NCBI GenBank assembly: GCA_010093815.1
Contig: ML996575.1
Length of the DNA stretch: 64,000 nt
Source of the DNA: Pseudovirgaria hyperparasitica
Lineage: Eukaryota
Strand: one strand, 5' to 3'
The notes under the pieces were generated by a model, which worked only from the letters and a program-made list of their open reading frames with translations, had not been told where the DNA came from and ran no database searches. Positions 1-12,700 of this stretch are shown here, piece after piece; the stretch's first letter is position 1, and every line of letters starts with the position of its first letter. Both the position numbers and the translations under genes were made by a program.

Positions 1-1654
1 ATCAGTTACATGCCTCTCTGCACAAAGTCCTGTTCGCCGACGGAGATCGGTGGTGCTCGGTGGTGCTCGGTGTTTTCACTGCATTCTAGGCTCATACGTG
101 CGCTTTCGCGAACAGGCCCTCTGCGAGTTTGCTTTGCTAACGCCTTGAGTACTTGTCGATATCAACAAGGCAGCGGGCGGCATTCGGTCATGGAGGCTGC
201 GTAAGATGCAACTTAGTGTGGCTTGTGAACATCTAATCTTTCGTAATGATAGACGGGCCTTTTACGATCTTAGCACTCATTATGAATTGCGATAGATAGT
301 AGAAGATAGGTATAGACAACACTTTTGATATTGGCTCGTAATATGTGTCTAGGAACCAATCTATAATATTTTATTCAACTCATGTACACATGATATAATA
401 CTATAATGATGATAACATAAAGATAGATGACCACAAGCTTATCGAGAAGATGTTTACACGAACCGTCAGACCAGTACCTGTGGTATTCAGGAGCATGCAA
501 TGCGTCCATAACCACTACCTTCTATCAGTGATCGCGTGCCATCAGGCCATCGCGATATCTGACTGACCCAAAGCGGCGATTCTCTGCCGTCATACCAAGT
601 CACAACCGATATCCAACGCTTCCCCTAGGGCAACTTGTCCATGATTCCTTTCGCAGAGAGCATTAAAGAAGAGGCTGTGCACGTCCATGATGCAGATTCG
701 ATCCAACCCTGTTCAGCTGGGCAAGGTGTTGAAGTGCCGATACCAGGTTCTAGGTAATTGATGTCGACTCCGGAACATCCTGGGATAGCCATGTACCGGG
801 ATTTTTCAAAATGCAAGGTCAAGTTGTGAATGATGCACGGACTGCGGAACGTTGGCAACGGGCGCAATATGAGCAAGGCAACCCATGCAGAATGGATATT
901 GGCTATAGGCACAAAGAGAGCGACAAACTCTGCTACGGCAATCAGGATAATAGTCATTTACATGTCCAAGGAAGTCCTAGTTCGGTCATAGAAAGAGGAT
1001 ACTGGTCAAAATCGTGCTTCTTATCCGGTCAGGCCATCATCTGTTACTTAGTCCTGTCCAGGCTTAGGATCTACCGTGGTAGTAAGATGATCTATAAATA
1101 AGCACTTTCAAAAAGGCCAAGATTTTGTGATTCTAACGACTATGACCCATCCTTCATTGCCGTCACCCATTAAGCGTTGTACGGGCGCTTAGCACCAGCT
1201 CTAAGTTCAGGATCACTACGGTTCAGAGCCTAGCATCGTTGGATTGTGGAGATCTATTCCTTTCTCTGTAGCCGGCCATTCCACTGCTGCAGTATAGTTT
1301 GACATTTCGTGGTGTCCCATGTGCACATAACATCATCGCGGGTCGCCTCGCTTAGCGTCGTCCTCAGTCCATTCAGCAGCTTCATCAATCAATCCTACTC
1401 CAAATAAGTACTTTGGTGCTTGGCCAACATGAGTTAGGTCTTGTAGACATGTATCCGATAGCCCGGCTCGTACTGATCAGAGCCCATTACAAGATAAACA
1501 AACCCCCACGTTTCCTGATCAGACAAGAGCGCCGTAGCTATATTGAGATCCGTGCAGCGGGGAAGTTTTCACGAGATAAACGTGCCAGTATCCGGAATGG
1601 TCCACTGTTCTAGTCTATCAACGACTTTCGGCCGTAACGCGGAGAAAAGGCCCG

Positions 1655-2869
1655 TTAGGCGAGTTGTGCCAGTATTCGATCCTCAACCCCGTCTAGAATC
1701 CAGCGATGCTCCATCACTTCAAGGTTTTCCGCTTCATTGAGGAATAGCTTGTCCGGATCCTGGTCCGGACCCATAGCGCCAGGATTAGGATTCATTTGTG
1801 CCATCTGCTGCGTTACTTGATTGGCAGCTAGAAAGGTTGATCAGCGACATTCAATAACGGTTTCGACGCTTCCGAGTACCAATCGGCACACTGTGATGAG
1901 AAAGAGCTATTCTGGGAACTTACAATTATTACTGCCGAGGATGAAGTTGTAGACAGGCTGAAGGCCAAATAATGTTAGGAAATACCATGACAAACTGGAG
2001 ACCCATCTGACGTCGAGGTCGCGAGTACCCACCCCCGATTGCAGCATTGACTTGAATTGCGGCGTGAGAGGGAAGGGGAGTTTCACTGTTCGGTATGGTG
2101 TTAGCGTCTTCGAATGTGATGGAAACAAAAGTAGACACGGCGTCATTAGCCATGAACGTTCCAACAAAGTGCCAGCACAAGGAACAAAAACTGAGGCCTC
2201 TCAAAGCGTCCTAACACTGCTAATTTCCCGTGAAGTAGACGCATGTGTATGCGTCCGTAATCGAACTGGACGCGCGAAGTGCAATCGATTGACGCTTGAC
2301 ATTGTGAAGGACTTACTTATAACGAAGCCCGAAAAGAAGGCATTGATCCACCCCATGATCAAAGTCTGTGGAATCATCATAGTCATCTGGCCTTTCATCA
2401 TTCCCATCATGCCTTCCATGGCCGCGGGGTCTGTCATAGGGTTCGGGCGTGGCTTCCCTCTGCCCTCGGGATCTGCTAGGAATTTTCCCTCTTTGAAGTC
2501 TGACACCATTTGGGCGCGTCGATTTTGAAAAGAAGACGGTGACAGCTGGTTACCGTTCTGCCGTAGGTTCACTCCTCGTATCAGCGATCGGTGTTGTCGT
2601 ACGTTGGGTAGAGGTTGTTTCTTAGGCGTGCTCTGGAGGAGTATGGTGGCGTAGTGGCGGAGAATCCCGGTAAGTATCTGGGAAGTATGAGTACAAAGGC
2701 CCTGTAGATGGGAATATACGAGCTCATACCATGACGACAGTGATAGGTAACAGGATCCAATAGCTAAAGATGTTGTTAGGCGATTGTCTCTACAGGAGAA
2801 GATAATTGAGAGGATTGCATACAAGAGCGCCGGATCCCTTTGGATCGTTTGGACTACTGGTTGCCCCAT
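1655..2869 (-). CDS. EMC3: ER membrane protein complex subunit 3 (DUF106/Oxa1 superfamily), 5 exons
   Basis: Hand-spliced exons 2869-2823, 2763-2730, 2677-2317, 2085-1924, 1827-1655 with GT..AG introns. Translation gives RDPALFYWILLPITVVMILTGILRHY, PQTLIMGWINAFFSGFVIMKLPFPLT..FKSMLQSGV.TRDLDVRWVSSLSWYFL and ..NEAENLEV..H.WILDGVEDRIL, which I recognise as EMC3. Confidence 0.95.
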
Positions 2870-3135
2870 GGTAGAAGAATTGAACAGCTGCAGTTGCTGT
2901 CAAGCCTTGAATAATTGCTAAAGAGTGCGATTGACGTCGAGGTCGTGAAGCTTCAAGGACGAGAGCTCGGACCATGGCTACTTGAAGCCTTTCTTGATGC
3001 CTGAGGCTAAGCTATCGCCCAGCTTTCGGCCACATCTCATCATCCTCATGCGCTTTGCATTTCCGCAAGACTTACAAAAAATCAAAGAGCGTTTGCATAC
3101 CCGGCTCTACCTGAACGTGTCTTTGATATTCGAAG

Positions 3136-3983
3136 ATGTCTGCAACGACAAAAATTGCCGTCCATTCTCTAGCAGGTAAGCCAAACATTCGCATAATGTC
3201 ACATCCATTTCTGTGCATACCACCTTCCAACCAAAGCTTCTGCCCAAATAGCCTCATATGTACATGTTTACAGACCTCACTGACATTGCTCCATAGACCT
3301 CAAGAACACCACCGATGATGCTCTCCCGGTCTATCTCACACACTCCCCTATCCACTTCACTCAAACACACACAAAGTCAGATGTCCGTCTAGTCCTAGGC
3401 TACGTCGCCGTTTTAATCGCCGGCGCTCTCTTCTGGCTCGACTGGAAACAAGGTTGGACAGTTTCCAAACCGTACACCCTCCCGGCCGTCCTCGTATACT
3501 TCACCCTCAACTCCGCATTCACATACTGGATATGGGCAGTCGAGAAGGGACTCATCTTCGAAGGCGTCGCGAAGACGGGTGAAAAGGTACACTTTGCCTC
3601 CCCGGTAAACTAACACATAGTCGAAGCAGTTGACGCATCCTCCATCTCTTGAATTCCCTAGATACTAACTTCCCCGCCTCCAGATCTCCATAGCGTCATC
3701 CACGAAAAAACACACCCCAATCTACAACCTCACCGTCACAATAACCCCCAAATCCGGCAAGCCGACGTGCTTGACCCCAGCTGCGCCCTTCTCGCAGTGG
3801 TTCACCGCAGATGGCTATTTTATCGCCAAGCCGTTCCAGCAATGGCTATGCGCGTCCATCCCGCTCGTCGGCGCACAGGACCCGAACAACGTAGTGGAAG
3901 ACATTGGACGAGGCAGTGTGATCGAGGACGCGGGCGCGAGCGGCGTGAAGACTCCGGGTGGTAGAGTGCGGAGAAAGGCGTGA
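3136..3983 (+). CDS. SPC2: Signal peptidase complex subunit 2 (SPC25 family), 3 exons
   Basis: Exons 3136-3175, 3297-3586, 3684-3983. Translation includes DLKNTTDDALP.YL, DVRLVLGY, two hydrophobic segments, YFTLNSAFTYWIWAVEKG and APFSQWFTADGYF. Confidence 0.9.
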
Positions 3984-4543
3984 TAGAAAAATATGTGTGC
4001 GTGCTCTCTTGCGAAGGGCCAAGTCAATTCGCGGGAGCCAGCCGATTTGTGCAAGAGACACTGTGTAGCTTCAATTGAGGGCTTGTCTAGAGCACAAATA
4101 ACATATGTTATGCGTCGCGTCATAATAGCATTGGCTTCTACTAATGTGGAAAAGGTGCAAATTACGTATTTTCCGCACTGCAGCTTTGCGTTAGTATCAG
4201 AACTCACTCACGCATAAGGCTACATAAAGCCGCGCTATTCGATGGAGATAAATTGCAGGCGTACGGGGCGGAAAGAATGAGGATGGAATTCTGTGGTCAG
4301 ACTAGAAACGTTCTTATATGCTAGATTCGCTATCAAGGCAATATATACATCAAGAGAAGTAGGTGTGCCTGCACGGCCCGACCGCTAAACGCCAGAAAGA
4401 ACCTTCCACGCCGGGAGAAAATGCTGCAAATGGAATTGATCGAACTCAGCTTTCGCTTTCCTGCAGCGCTCACTACCCCTGAGCTTTACATATACGCATC
4501 AAATTTTCTCCTTCCCTCCCGCCTCTGGGCCCCTAATTCTCCC

Positions 4544-5743
4544 TCACTCGTCCATTTCCATCATCCCCAATAACTCCAATTCTGTTGTGACAATCCTCTC
4601 GAACTCGCCTCTGTCCATCCCAACGCTCTTTGCCAACCTGAACAGGCTTTTGATATCCGTTCCAATGTGCTGTTTGACCGCCACCTCAGCCTGCGCCTGC
4701 TTGGCTGCCTGCTCCTCAAGCTTAGTGATGCTGCCCACAGAACTACCGCGGGATATGGGGCGGGGTTGAGAGAGCGAAGGCGTCGCTACGGGCGTAGGCT
4801 CTTGCGGAATTTGATGCTCATCACTAAGGCCATCATAGGCGTGGGGCATGCTGGAATCATATCCATGGCGTCCAATGTTGCTAGTCTCGACCGGCTCGTA
4901 CTGCGGCGGGTGGTATGCGGAGTGAGAAGGTGCGTGGTGGTTCAGTGTCGATGGTGGGGCGTCAGGAACCTCTTCATCTGGATCGTGTGGATCCATCGCG
5001 GGCTGGACCTCATTTGCATACCTTGCGAAGTATTCGAGTTCGGATGTTCGAGAACTTTGTAGGGTGGAATTATTAGAAGGGCCACGAGCGTTGGGTGCAG
5101 GGGAGAGTTTCGCAGGTGTACGGCCAGGTGTACGATCGTATGAAGCCCAATAGTCATCTTCGTCGTCCTCATCCTTTGGGGCTGGAGATGTAGGTTGTAG
5201 AGAGGTATCTGGGTGGTGGTTTGGAGGAGGATAGAGTGAAGAGGAGTCAGCGTTTACTGTTGCTTCCGTGGCACTGGCGAACCAGGCTGATCCATCTTCT
5301 TTGTCTTCTAGGGAGCGTAACTCTGTGAGTCGCCAGCCATCTCCACCGCCTGCTTCATCGCCTGTTACCCATAGAAATATGGGGACAAGTCTGAACTCTG
5401 ACAAGTCTAAACGGGCATGGAGAGTCTCGCTGTCCAGCCGTCGGAACTTGACATCATCGACATCTTCAAGCTCAATCTCACCAGACACCGGGTGTGGCTC
5501 TAAACTCATGCTCTCCACTATGGATGGGAGCTTTGAGGCTCTTTGAGCATCCCAGTTCAGTAATTTCAACCATGATCCTTCTGAGTGTGTGCCCGAGGGC
5601 ATAAACTGTACACGTTGACGTAGGATAGGTGATAGGAGAGGTAGTAAGGCAGGAGGAGGTCGTTCTGAAACAAATGCGGTTGGAAGGCAGGCGAGAAGAG
5701 GCGGTAATAGCTCTCGAGGTTGTGGTGGCGGAATGAGCTGCAT
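4544..5743 (-). CDS. Conserved-looking fungal protein of unknown function (about 399 aa, intronless)
   Basis: Long open frame from ATG at 5743 (MQLIPPPQPRELLPPLLACLPTAF..PPPALLPLLSPILRQRVQ). Acidic DDEDDYWASYDRTPGRTP segment and a helical C-terminus (VKQHIGTDIKSLFRLAK..G.DR.EFERIV..EL). Confidence 0.8.
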   Translation of the reverse strand: MQLIPPPQPRELLPPLLACLPTAFVSERPPPALLPLLSPILRQRVQFMPSGTHSEGSWLKLLNWDAQRASKLPSIVESMSLEPHPVSGEIELEDVDDVKFRRLDSETLHARLDLSEFRLVPIFLWVTGDEAGGGDGWRLTELRSLEDKEDGSAWFASATEATVNADSSSLYPPPNHHPDTSLQPTSPAPKDEDDEDDYWASYDRTPGRTPAKLSPAPNARGPSNNSTLQSSRTSELEYFARYANEVQPAMDPHDPDEEVPDAPPSTLNHHAPSHSAYHPPQYEPVETSNIGRHGYDSSMPHAYDGLSDEHQIPQEPTPVATPSLSQPRPISRGSSVGSITKLEEQAAKQAQAEVAVKQHIGTDIKSLFRLAKSVGMDRGEFERIVTTELELLGMMEMDE

Positions 5744-5984
5744 AGTGTATGGTATGTAGAAGATGAGACGAGTCTTTCCCTTGGAACGTTTCTGTAGGTA
5801 GCTGTAATTGCACAGCAATCAGGATTGTTAGATAGGTGAGCGCGGGCCCAGCACAGAGCGACGTGAAAGACAAGTGCAGACGAGTGTGTATAGATGTTCA
5901 ATTTTCATATACGAAAAGGAAGATAGCACACAGTGACATGTAGGTAGGCGAAAGTCACAAAAGATCTTAGGCCATGGGATGCGG

Positions 5985-6019
5985 TCAAGTTCAAGTTCAA
6001 GTTCAAGTTCATGTTCATG
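5985..6019. repeat. Hexamer microsatellite (TCAAGT)4 decaying into TCATGT
   Basis: Directly visible tandem units. Confidence 0.8.
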
Positions 6020-6739
6020 GTCATCTGAATCTTTTTACGCGGACGACTGACATATGCTCGGCGACTGGCACACTAGCGTCCGTTAGACCGACAGCACACG
6101 GCTGCCTCTTCCGGCAGTAATGAACAGGGCAGAACTGCGCTAGAACCGGCTTGCATAAGTGCCCTAGAAGGAACACATTGTGTTTTTGTGAGTTCTTACA
6201 CTTGATCCATCACATCGCTGTGGACGACAGTCAAGTCGATCTCGGGGACTTGAGATCGGACTGTTGGAGATTCTCTGCCGATGCCGTCATCCGTCCTCTA
6301 CGTTAGCACAACACACTAACACAATTATGCCGCGTGCACCCTAGCACCGAAGTCAAGCTAAGGTCGCGCGGTCCTGAGCCTGAGAGACATATTCACCCTA
6401 AAGAAGCCTTGGGCAAATGACGAGGTCTTATCTGCATTCACACAAAGGTTGTCAGGACATGGTGGGAGAGCGATAGATCTTTAGGTTCTATTCGGATGAA
6501 GCCTACTTATGGCTCTCGATGTCATTATTGAGCATTTGTAATAGTGAGCCACGGACGTCGAAGCAATTGGTCTGGCCGTGAATATGCTCCCTTTGGTAAA
6601 CCTACTGTGCGCTTGAGTGGAGGGAATAAGATAGCTACTCGGGTACACGATACCAGTTGAACATACCCGGCCATTTCTATATCTATACATGAGCACTTCA
6701 TGCTGTCTCGAATGCCTGTCTGCAACGACCATGCACGGA

Positions 6740-6783
6740 TTGTGCCCTCGTTGTGCCCTCGTTATGCCCTCGTTGTGCCCTCG
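6740..6783. repeat. 11-bp minisatellite (TTRTGCCCTCG)x4
   Basis: Four adjacent copies, one carrying a G>A change. Confidence 0.9.
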
Positions 6784-7397
6784 TTGCATTTGCACTCAGA
6801 GTCGAGAAGCTCGTCCATGCCAACATACATGCATGGCAAGCGACGAGAAGCAATGCATATGCTCGTGTGCTGAGTGAGACGTTGGTAGGTGAAGGTAAAT
6901 CTATAATATGAGGCTTATGTACTGTTTGGGTATGGTATCTTCTTTCATTGGGATGATGTCTATAGGAGGAAGCTATGTGACAGAAGAAGCCTACTGTAAC
7001 CTTTGCCAAGGCACTAATCCGTGCCTACCACGATAACAGTACGGAGAAAGTGAATGGATAAGCGATTTTTATTTGAGGAACATTTCAGCGTCCACTTCAG
7101 GGTTAGCGCCAAGCCGGAACGCTTTATGGACTTACTTGCCCGATACCTTACTACCCGACTTCTTACTACTACTTCCGATATTGACATGCGGCGTTGGGGT
7201 GGATTGCAAAAGTTTAGCTGGGATATGTTTGTTCCTTGTTGAAAGTCTCATTTTGAAGCTGACTAGTTCTCAATTTTCAGGTCTAGGGTTAGTTGTGAGA
7301 CGCTTGAAGCGTAGGGAAGAAAGATTCAGTCACACGCTGCTTGTGTACATTTCCTTCCCCCCCGGTAATCGCATTGTCCCTTGGAGCAGCAGCACCC

Positions 7398-8300
7398 ATG
7401 GCCAGCTTACGAAGTCTTCCCAACGAGATGTTTGATCAAATCCTTGAACAGTTCATGCACTCAAAACGCCACCACGTTGGCTCCACGCTAAATCGGCCTG
7501 TCGTTAGACAGTTAGACTACAAAAATTTCGTCGATATTGGTCGTCGTAGCCTCTGACAGCGGAGATATAGAGGATTTAGAACCTGATTCTGACGTCTCGA
7601 AAACCGTCGACTAGGGTGGTTTCGCCAAACAGACCATCGCATAATGCCAACATAGGCAGGGAGGGAGGTTATCTGTTCCTTTTGCTTTCCTCATAGGCCC
7701 CTCTCCTTGCACTCCTTGTCATATGTATTCAAGTCCTTCGTCTTTGCTTTCCCTTATTCTAACAGCTGCTCGTAACCGTAATCAGGTTTAGCATTATTTG
7801 TATCATTATTTCGCATGAAGTCATCCTCATATGACTAGATAAGGTAGGCTGCCTTGAGAGGGACGTACCATCGATACGACTCATGATGATAGATACTTTC
7901 GTGTCTTCAATCTCAGCTATTTACACAAGGTACAGAAGTTTGTATTCTCTCAAGAATTTTGAGACCCAGACCACCCTCTTCACCTTCTCTGGTCTAGCGT
8001 CAAGTGTGTAGCCTGGTTTCGGGAACCGGGTGATAGCCTTTGGTCCTCCACCGCTGAAGTGAACGGAGATGCATGAATCAAAAGATCCTTCCAGATACCC
8101 GTTCAATCTCCCTAGGATAGAACATTTGGAAGGCAGCTCGAAACGAAGGCTACAATTTCTTCCTCTACGCCGAGAACCTGAACCAATCAAGCTCTGCACT
8201 CGTCATAGCCCTCAGTCTCGGCGATGTTGTCATACACAGTTACCGAGGGGTTCTGTCAAAAGCTCTAGAGGAGGTGGGCCTGATAGTAAATGAATCAGGC
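7398..8300 (+). pseudogene. Possible decayed F-box protein gene
   Basis: ATG at 7398 gives MASLRSLPNEMFDQILEQF, an F-box-like L..LP.E....I motif. The frame stops at 7556 and only stop-interrupted fragments follow. The 3' boundary is approximate. Confidence 0.4.
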
Positions 8301-8599
8301 CAAGATCTGTTGGTTTGTGGTGGCTCGAGGGGATCGTATCGCTTTCAGAGCTTCAAGACGAGCATTGCAGGACGAGGGCTGTCGATAGATTACATCCATG
8401 CTATCATCGATAGATAACAGCACACAGCTAGGTGGCTATAGTGATCTTGAATGTCAAGGGCGATTTTTGTGGTGTGCTGTCTATGAAGTTATCAGCGCCA
8501 GTCTTGGCACGATGCTTATCAACGGGCTTATGCACACCCCAAGTTATTTGAGCACTTTGAGTATCATGCTATGGACTAGATCTGAATTCCAGAAAAGAT

Positions 8600-8790
8600 G
8601 AGGAATATTGAAATCATTTTGAAAACTTTTTCTTTAACAATCCCTAAATAATCTACTACTAGAGGTTCTGCTTAGAACACTAAGTTTCTACCTTCTTCTA
8701 TTCCTTCTTTTAAGATAAGCGAGAGGTCAATAGTTTATTAGGCTTAGCTCTAGAGACTAATATGATAGAGGAATTTAAGAATAAGAGGCG
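8600..8790. mobile_element. Short AT-rich, TpA-enriched RIP-like relic
   Basis: Local excess of TA/TAG/CTA and few CA/TG compared with the flanks. No recognisable termini. Confidence 0.35.
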
Positions 8791-9733
8791 AGGTATGCGG
8801 AGTGCCAAGAGTTGCGCTGGAAGACTACCTCCGCTACAGAATGGATCCATGCTTTGACCTGTCGTTCAGTCTCCCCGGAAGTAGGCGCGCAACAGCCCTT
8901 TCTCTAGTCTCCCGGGCATCTTATAATTAATTATAGATAATCTGTGCACTGCTAAGCACTAGATGCATCGACGAGCACTGACGGCCACTTGAACCTGAAT
9001 GTCCATAATAAGCCTTGTGTCTTGTGAGATGTCAGCCCCGCGAGCAGCCTAGGCAGCATCCATTCTCTGCTCCTTCCGTCTATGCTCCATTCCCTTCTCG
9101 CGTGCCTGCCTCTTTCTTCAGTCCACCCACACACTCACTAAGTACAACACCGTCATTCTGTAATCAAATTCATCCATACCGTGGACACTACCTCTCTCCC
9201 TCTCTACCCTTCACTTTGCACACTCTACACACCCTGCACACTCACCATCGCCCTATTTCCGTCATAATCCACCAAAGCCGACCGAACTCACTTGCCCACT
9301 GCGCCTCATTTTGCTCGTCCCCGGTCGCCGCGGCTTAGTTCTCTATCCCGTTTCATCATCACCGCCCACCCATTTCTTTGGCGCGTGCAGCCCCCGGTTC
9401 GCCGATACCTAGCCCATCCTGCCAACCCTACCTGCTCGACACGCTCTCTTCATTTTCAAAGTTGCCTCTGTTGAGAACCTTACTACCTATTCTGCAAACG
9501 TCCATCTGCTCCAAACCGCCAAAAGGAGGACTCTTTCCACCCTTCGCCCAGCTAAATACGGCCTTACATGATCTTTGGAGCCGGTCCATTCTTCGACCGG
9601 GTCGCGTTAGCATATTGAGGACATTGGAACTGCCTTTGGACTTCGAGGAATAGCTGCACTTGAAAGTGCAAGTCGCGATTCCGCCCGAGAGCGCATTGCT
9701 CTAATCGGCGACCTCATATCTTGCCTCCTCGTC

Positions 9734-12700
9734 ATGTCTGCCGTGGACTCTGCAGCTCCGCGCACTCGGAATGGCAGTCAGAGCCCCAGTCATGGCCACA
9801 GCCATAATAATACCCAGTCGAGCAATCACTTTGCGCCGAACCATACAAACGATCAATTCCTGACAGTCACACAGCCAGACTTCATTTTCACTGACGAGCC
9901 AGGATCACTGGATTTTGGCAATCTCACTGTCTATGATTTCAACAACGATATGTCGGGCTATGATGGCGACGCATCTACCACCGGTGGCTCATATAGCTCC
10001 ATGAGGAATGTGTACCAGGATTCGCAGAATGACCTCCGCGCAGATCAGAACTCCTCTTTTCTTACTAGTCATTCTGTCGGCAACAGCTTGTCCCCAAACC
10101 TAGCCGAACATATCAGTCCTGACGCATACACTAGCGAATCCCTTACGGACTACTCACGATATGCAAGCCCCAACATGGACGACGCTCTCTTTGGTGATCA
10201 GTTTGGATCACTATTACACCTGAAGGATCACAATCAGTCAGGATCATATCTTTATGGGCAACCAACTTTCCCATCGCAGATGGAAAATAGATTTCAGGAT
10301 CCCTCGTCGCTCAACTCTTCACGTGCCACGTTGTCCTCTGTAAACAAGTCTGGAATACAGCTGATATCGCCAAGCTTGACGACAAGTTCAAGTCCCGCTT
10401 CGCATGATCACCAAGCAGCCCCTACTTTCGCCACCAATGAACTAACCTCACATGGCCTACATCTGAATGCGGCACTTCAGAAACAACAAGGCCCGGCGCT
10501 TACCAATAGTCCTGCAAACACAATGGGAGGAGTCCAAAATCCGAACCATTTGACGAGTCCAATTGTTCGGATTGACTACAGCCATGGAGATCATTCCGAC
10601 CAACATGACATGGGGTTGAATCTCACGCTAGATTCTGGCAAGCGATCTGCCCAGCATTTATCGCCGTATGCGAATGAGTCATCCGACGATGAGATCGAAA
10701 ACACACATGGATCCATCAATAATAGCTATGCGGGTAGATCTATCTCCGTACCTGTGCCCGAGCGAAACGATGACGGATCTTGGGCTACAGAGGGAGCAAA
10801 TTCTCAGGCTGGTATCAGTCCGATAGGTCGCAGCAGACTTAATGAGCAATCCATTGTCTCACTCAAAGAACAGGAGGAACAGATTCTTCTAGCTGGGAAA
10901 AATAAGGAGGTAGAAGAATGGCTCTCTCATAGTGATGTAGGCAGCGATGTTGAAGGCCCGGTCAGGCGGAAAATCAAAGACTCCAATCGAAGGAGAGCCA
11001 GAAGTTTCAACGACATAGCGAGTCAAGCGAAGTCAGGCACATACCTTGGATTGGGCGTCCAAACTGCAATACTCCACGATCGTAGTATACCCGGTCCAGG
11101 AGTGTACATTGACGAGCGCAGTGAATATGACGAGGACGATGAGGAAGGGGAACGAGTCACGGATGTATCGTTGGAAGATGACGAAATGCCATTCAATCCG
11201 GAGAGCGTGAACTCTTCCTCTTATTTCCCCGCTTCTGAGCAAGACTTCATCGAAGCTGTTCCGGCGAAGCCCTGGGCCGATTCATCATGGCCTAATGGAA
11301 AGTCCAGCGACCGTTATCAGCCACCGACGTCGAATCAAGCGATGTCAAGATTCATAACTCGTGCAAAAGAAGTCGATCATGCTTCTTTGGCTGCAACCGT
11401 TGGCTCATCTCGACGCAGGAGTGAGTCGGAACTAGGGAGTCTATACGGTGCTGTTGGGATTTCCAAACCAGTTGCACCGACCAACTTAGCAGAAGCACGC
11501 GGTAAGCCGAAGGAAAAGCGTGAACGAAGGCCTAGCATACTCGAAAGCATTATCAAACGCAAAGACACTAATGCTCTAAAGCGTAAGGGAAGCCAGCCTT
11601 CTCCGTCACAGCCGGCCGAGTCAGGTCAGGCTAACACGAAGAACGCCCAGGGCATAGCCACACCCCCTAAGCGGAAGCACAGCTGGAGCTCCAAGGGTCC
11701 CAGGGTAGATACGAGCCCTCTGCCCAGCCAAAAAGACCTAGGTCTAAGCACAGGTCCTAATCTTCCCACAACTTCCGGGCCACTGAAGACTTTGGGAAAA
11801 GTCATACAAAGACATCGCAGCCGGAGCGACTTGGGGAAATCGCCGGGCCTAGCTACACTTATGACACAACATGGTGGTCCTCCTATGTTGTCATTAGCTT
11901 CACCATTAGCAGACAATGACACCAAGTTCGGTCCACCTGCTCTAACAACTGCCGTTGCCGCCAAGGACGAGGAGGACAGTAACGCAGGCGACGACATACA
12001 CGAAATGCACACTATGGATCTCAAGATTCGAAACGACCCGATCATACCAACAGCTGAGGGTTTCAAGACGCATGCTCGGCAGCTAAATCCTCGATTAGTT
12101 GAATACATGGTGGAAAGGGTGACTCAGGAACAGATGCGACGATACAAGCGGCTGCTTGACTTCAAAGTCAAGCACTGCAATGCTGTCAGGCACAGGAATT
12201 GTTCCGCACAAAACTTCTGTCTCTCTCTCGGTGGGGAATCTAAGATCCTGCCACCGCGAGCTAGCAATAAGGATGGTGACGCACCGTTCGTCGGGTTTCA
12301 GATAACCACTCCTGGATCCTCAGATGAAGACCTCATCGCTGCGAGTGAGGGCACAGTCGTGGCAGCCCAATTCCCACCCGGCGTCCCACTGCCACCTGTG
12401 AAACGCCTACCTGCCGAATTCGAATGCCCTTTGTGCTTTAAAGTAAAAAAGTTTAACAAGCCGTCAGATTGGACAAAGCATGTGCATGAAGATGTTCAGC
12501 CTTTCACCTGCACATTTCCCAATTGTGGGGAGCCCAAATCATTCAAGCGCAAAGCTGATTGGGTTCGGCATGAGAACGAGCGGCACAGACAGTTGGAGAA
12601 TTGGACCTGCAACATTGGCGACTGCACGCACACTTGCTACCGCAAGGACAACTTTGTACAGCACTTAGTGCGTGAACATAAGTTGCCAGAGCCTAGAGCC

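Noticed and set aside
625..957. 110-aa minus-strand ORF with hydrophobic N-terminus and several Cys
   Set aside because: Could be a small secreted protein or relic, but there is no recognisable Cys pattern or convincing splice model.
6740..6783. Direct repeats as a possible CRISPR array
   Set aside because: Units are 11 bp and contiguous with no spacers, and the context is eukaryotic.
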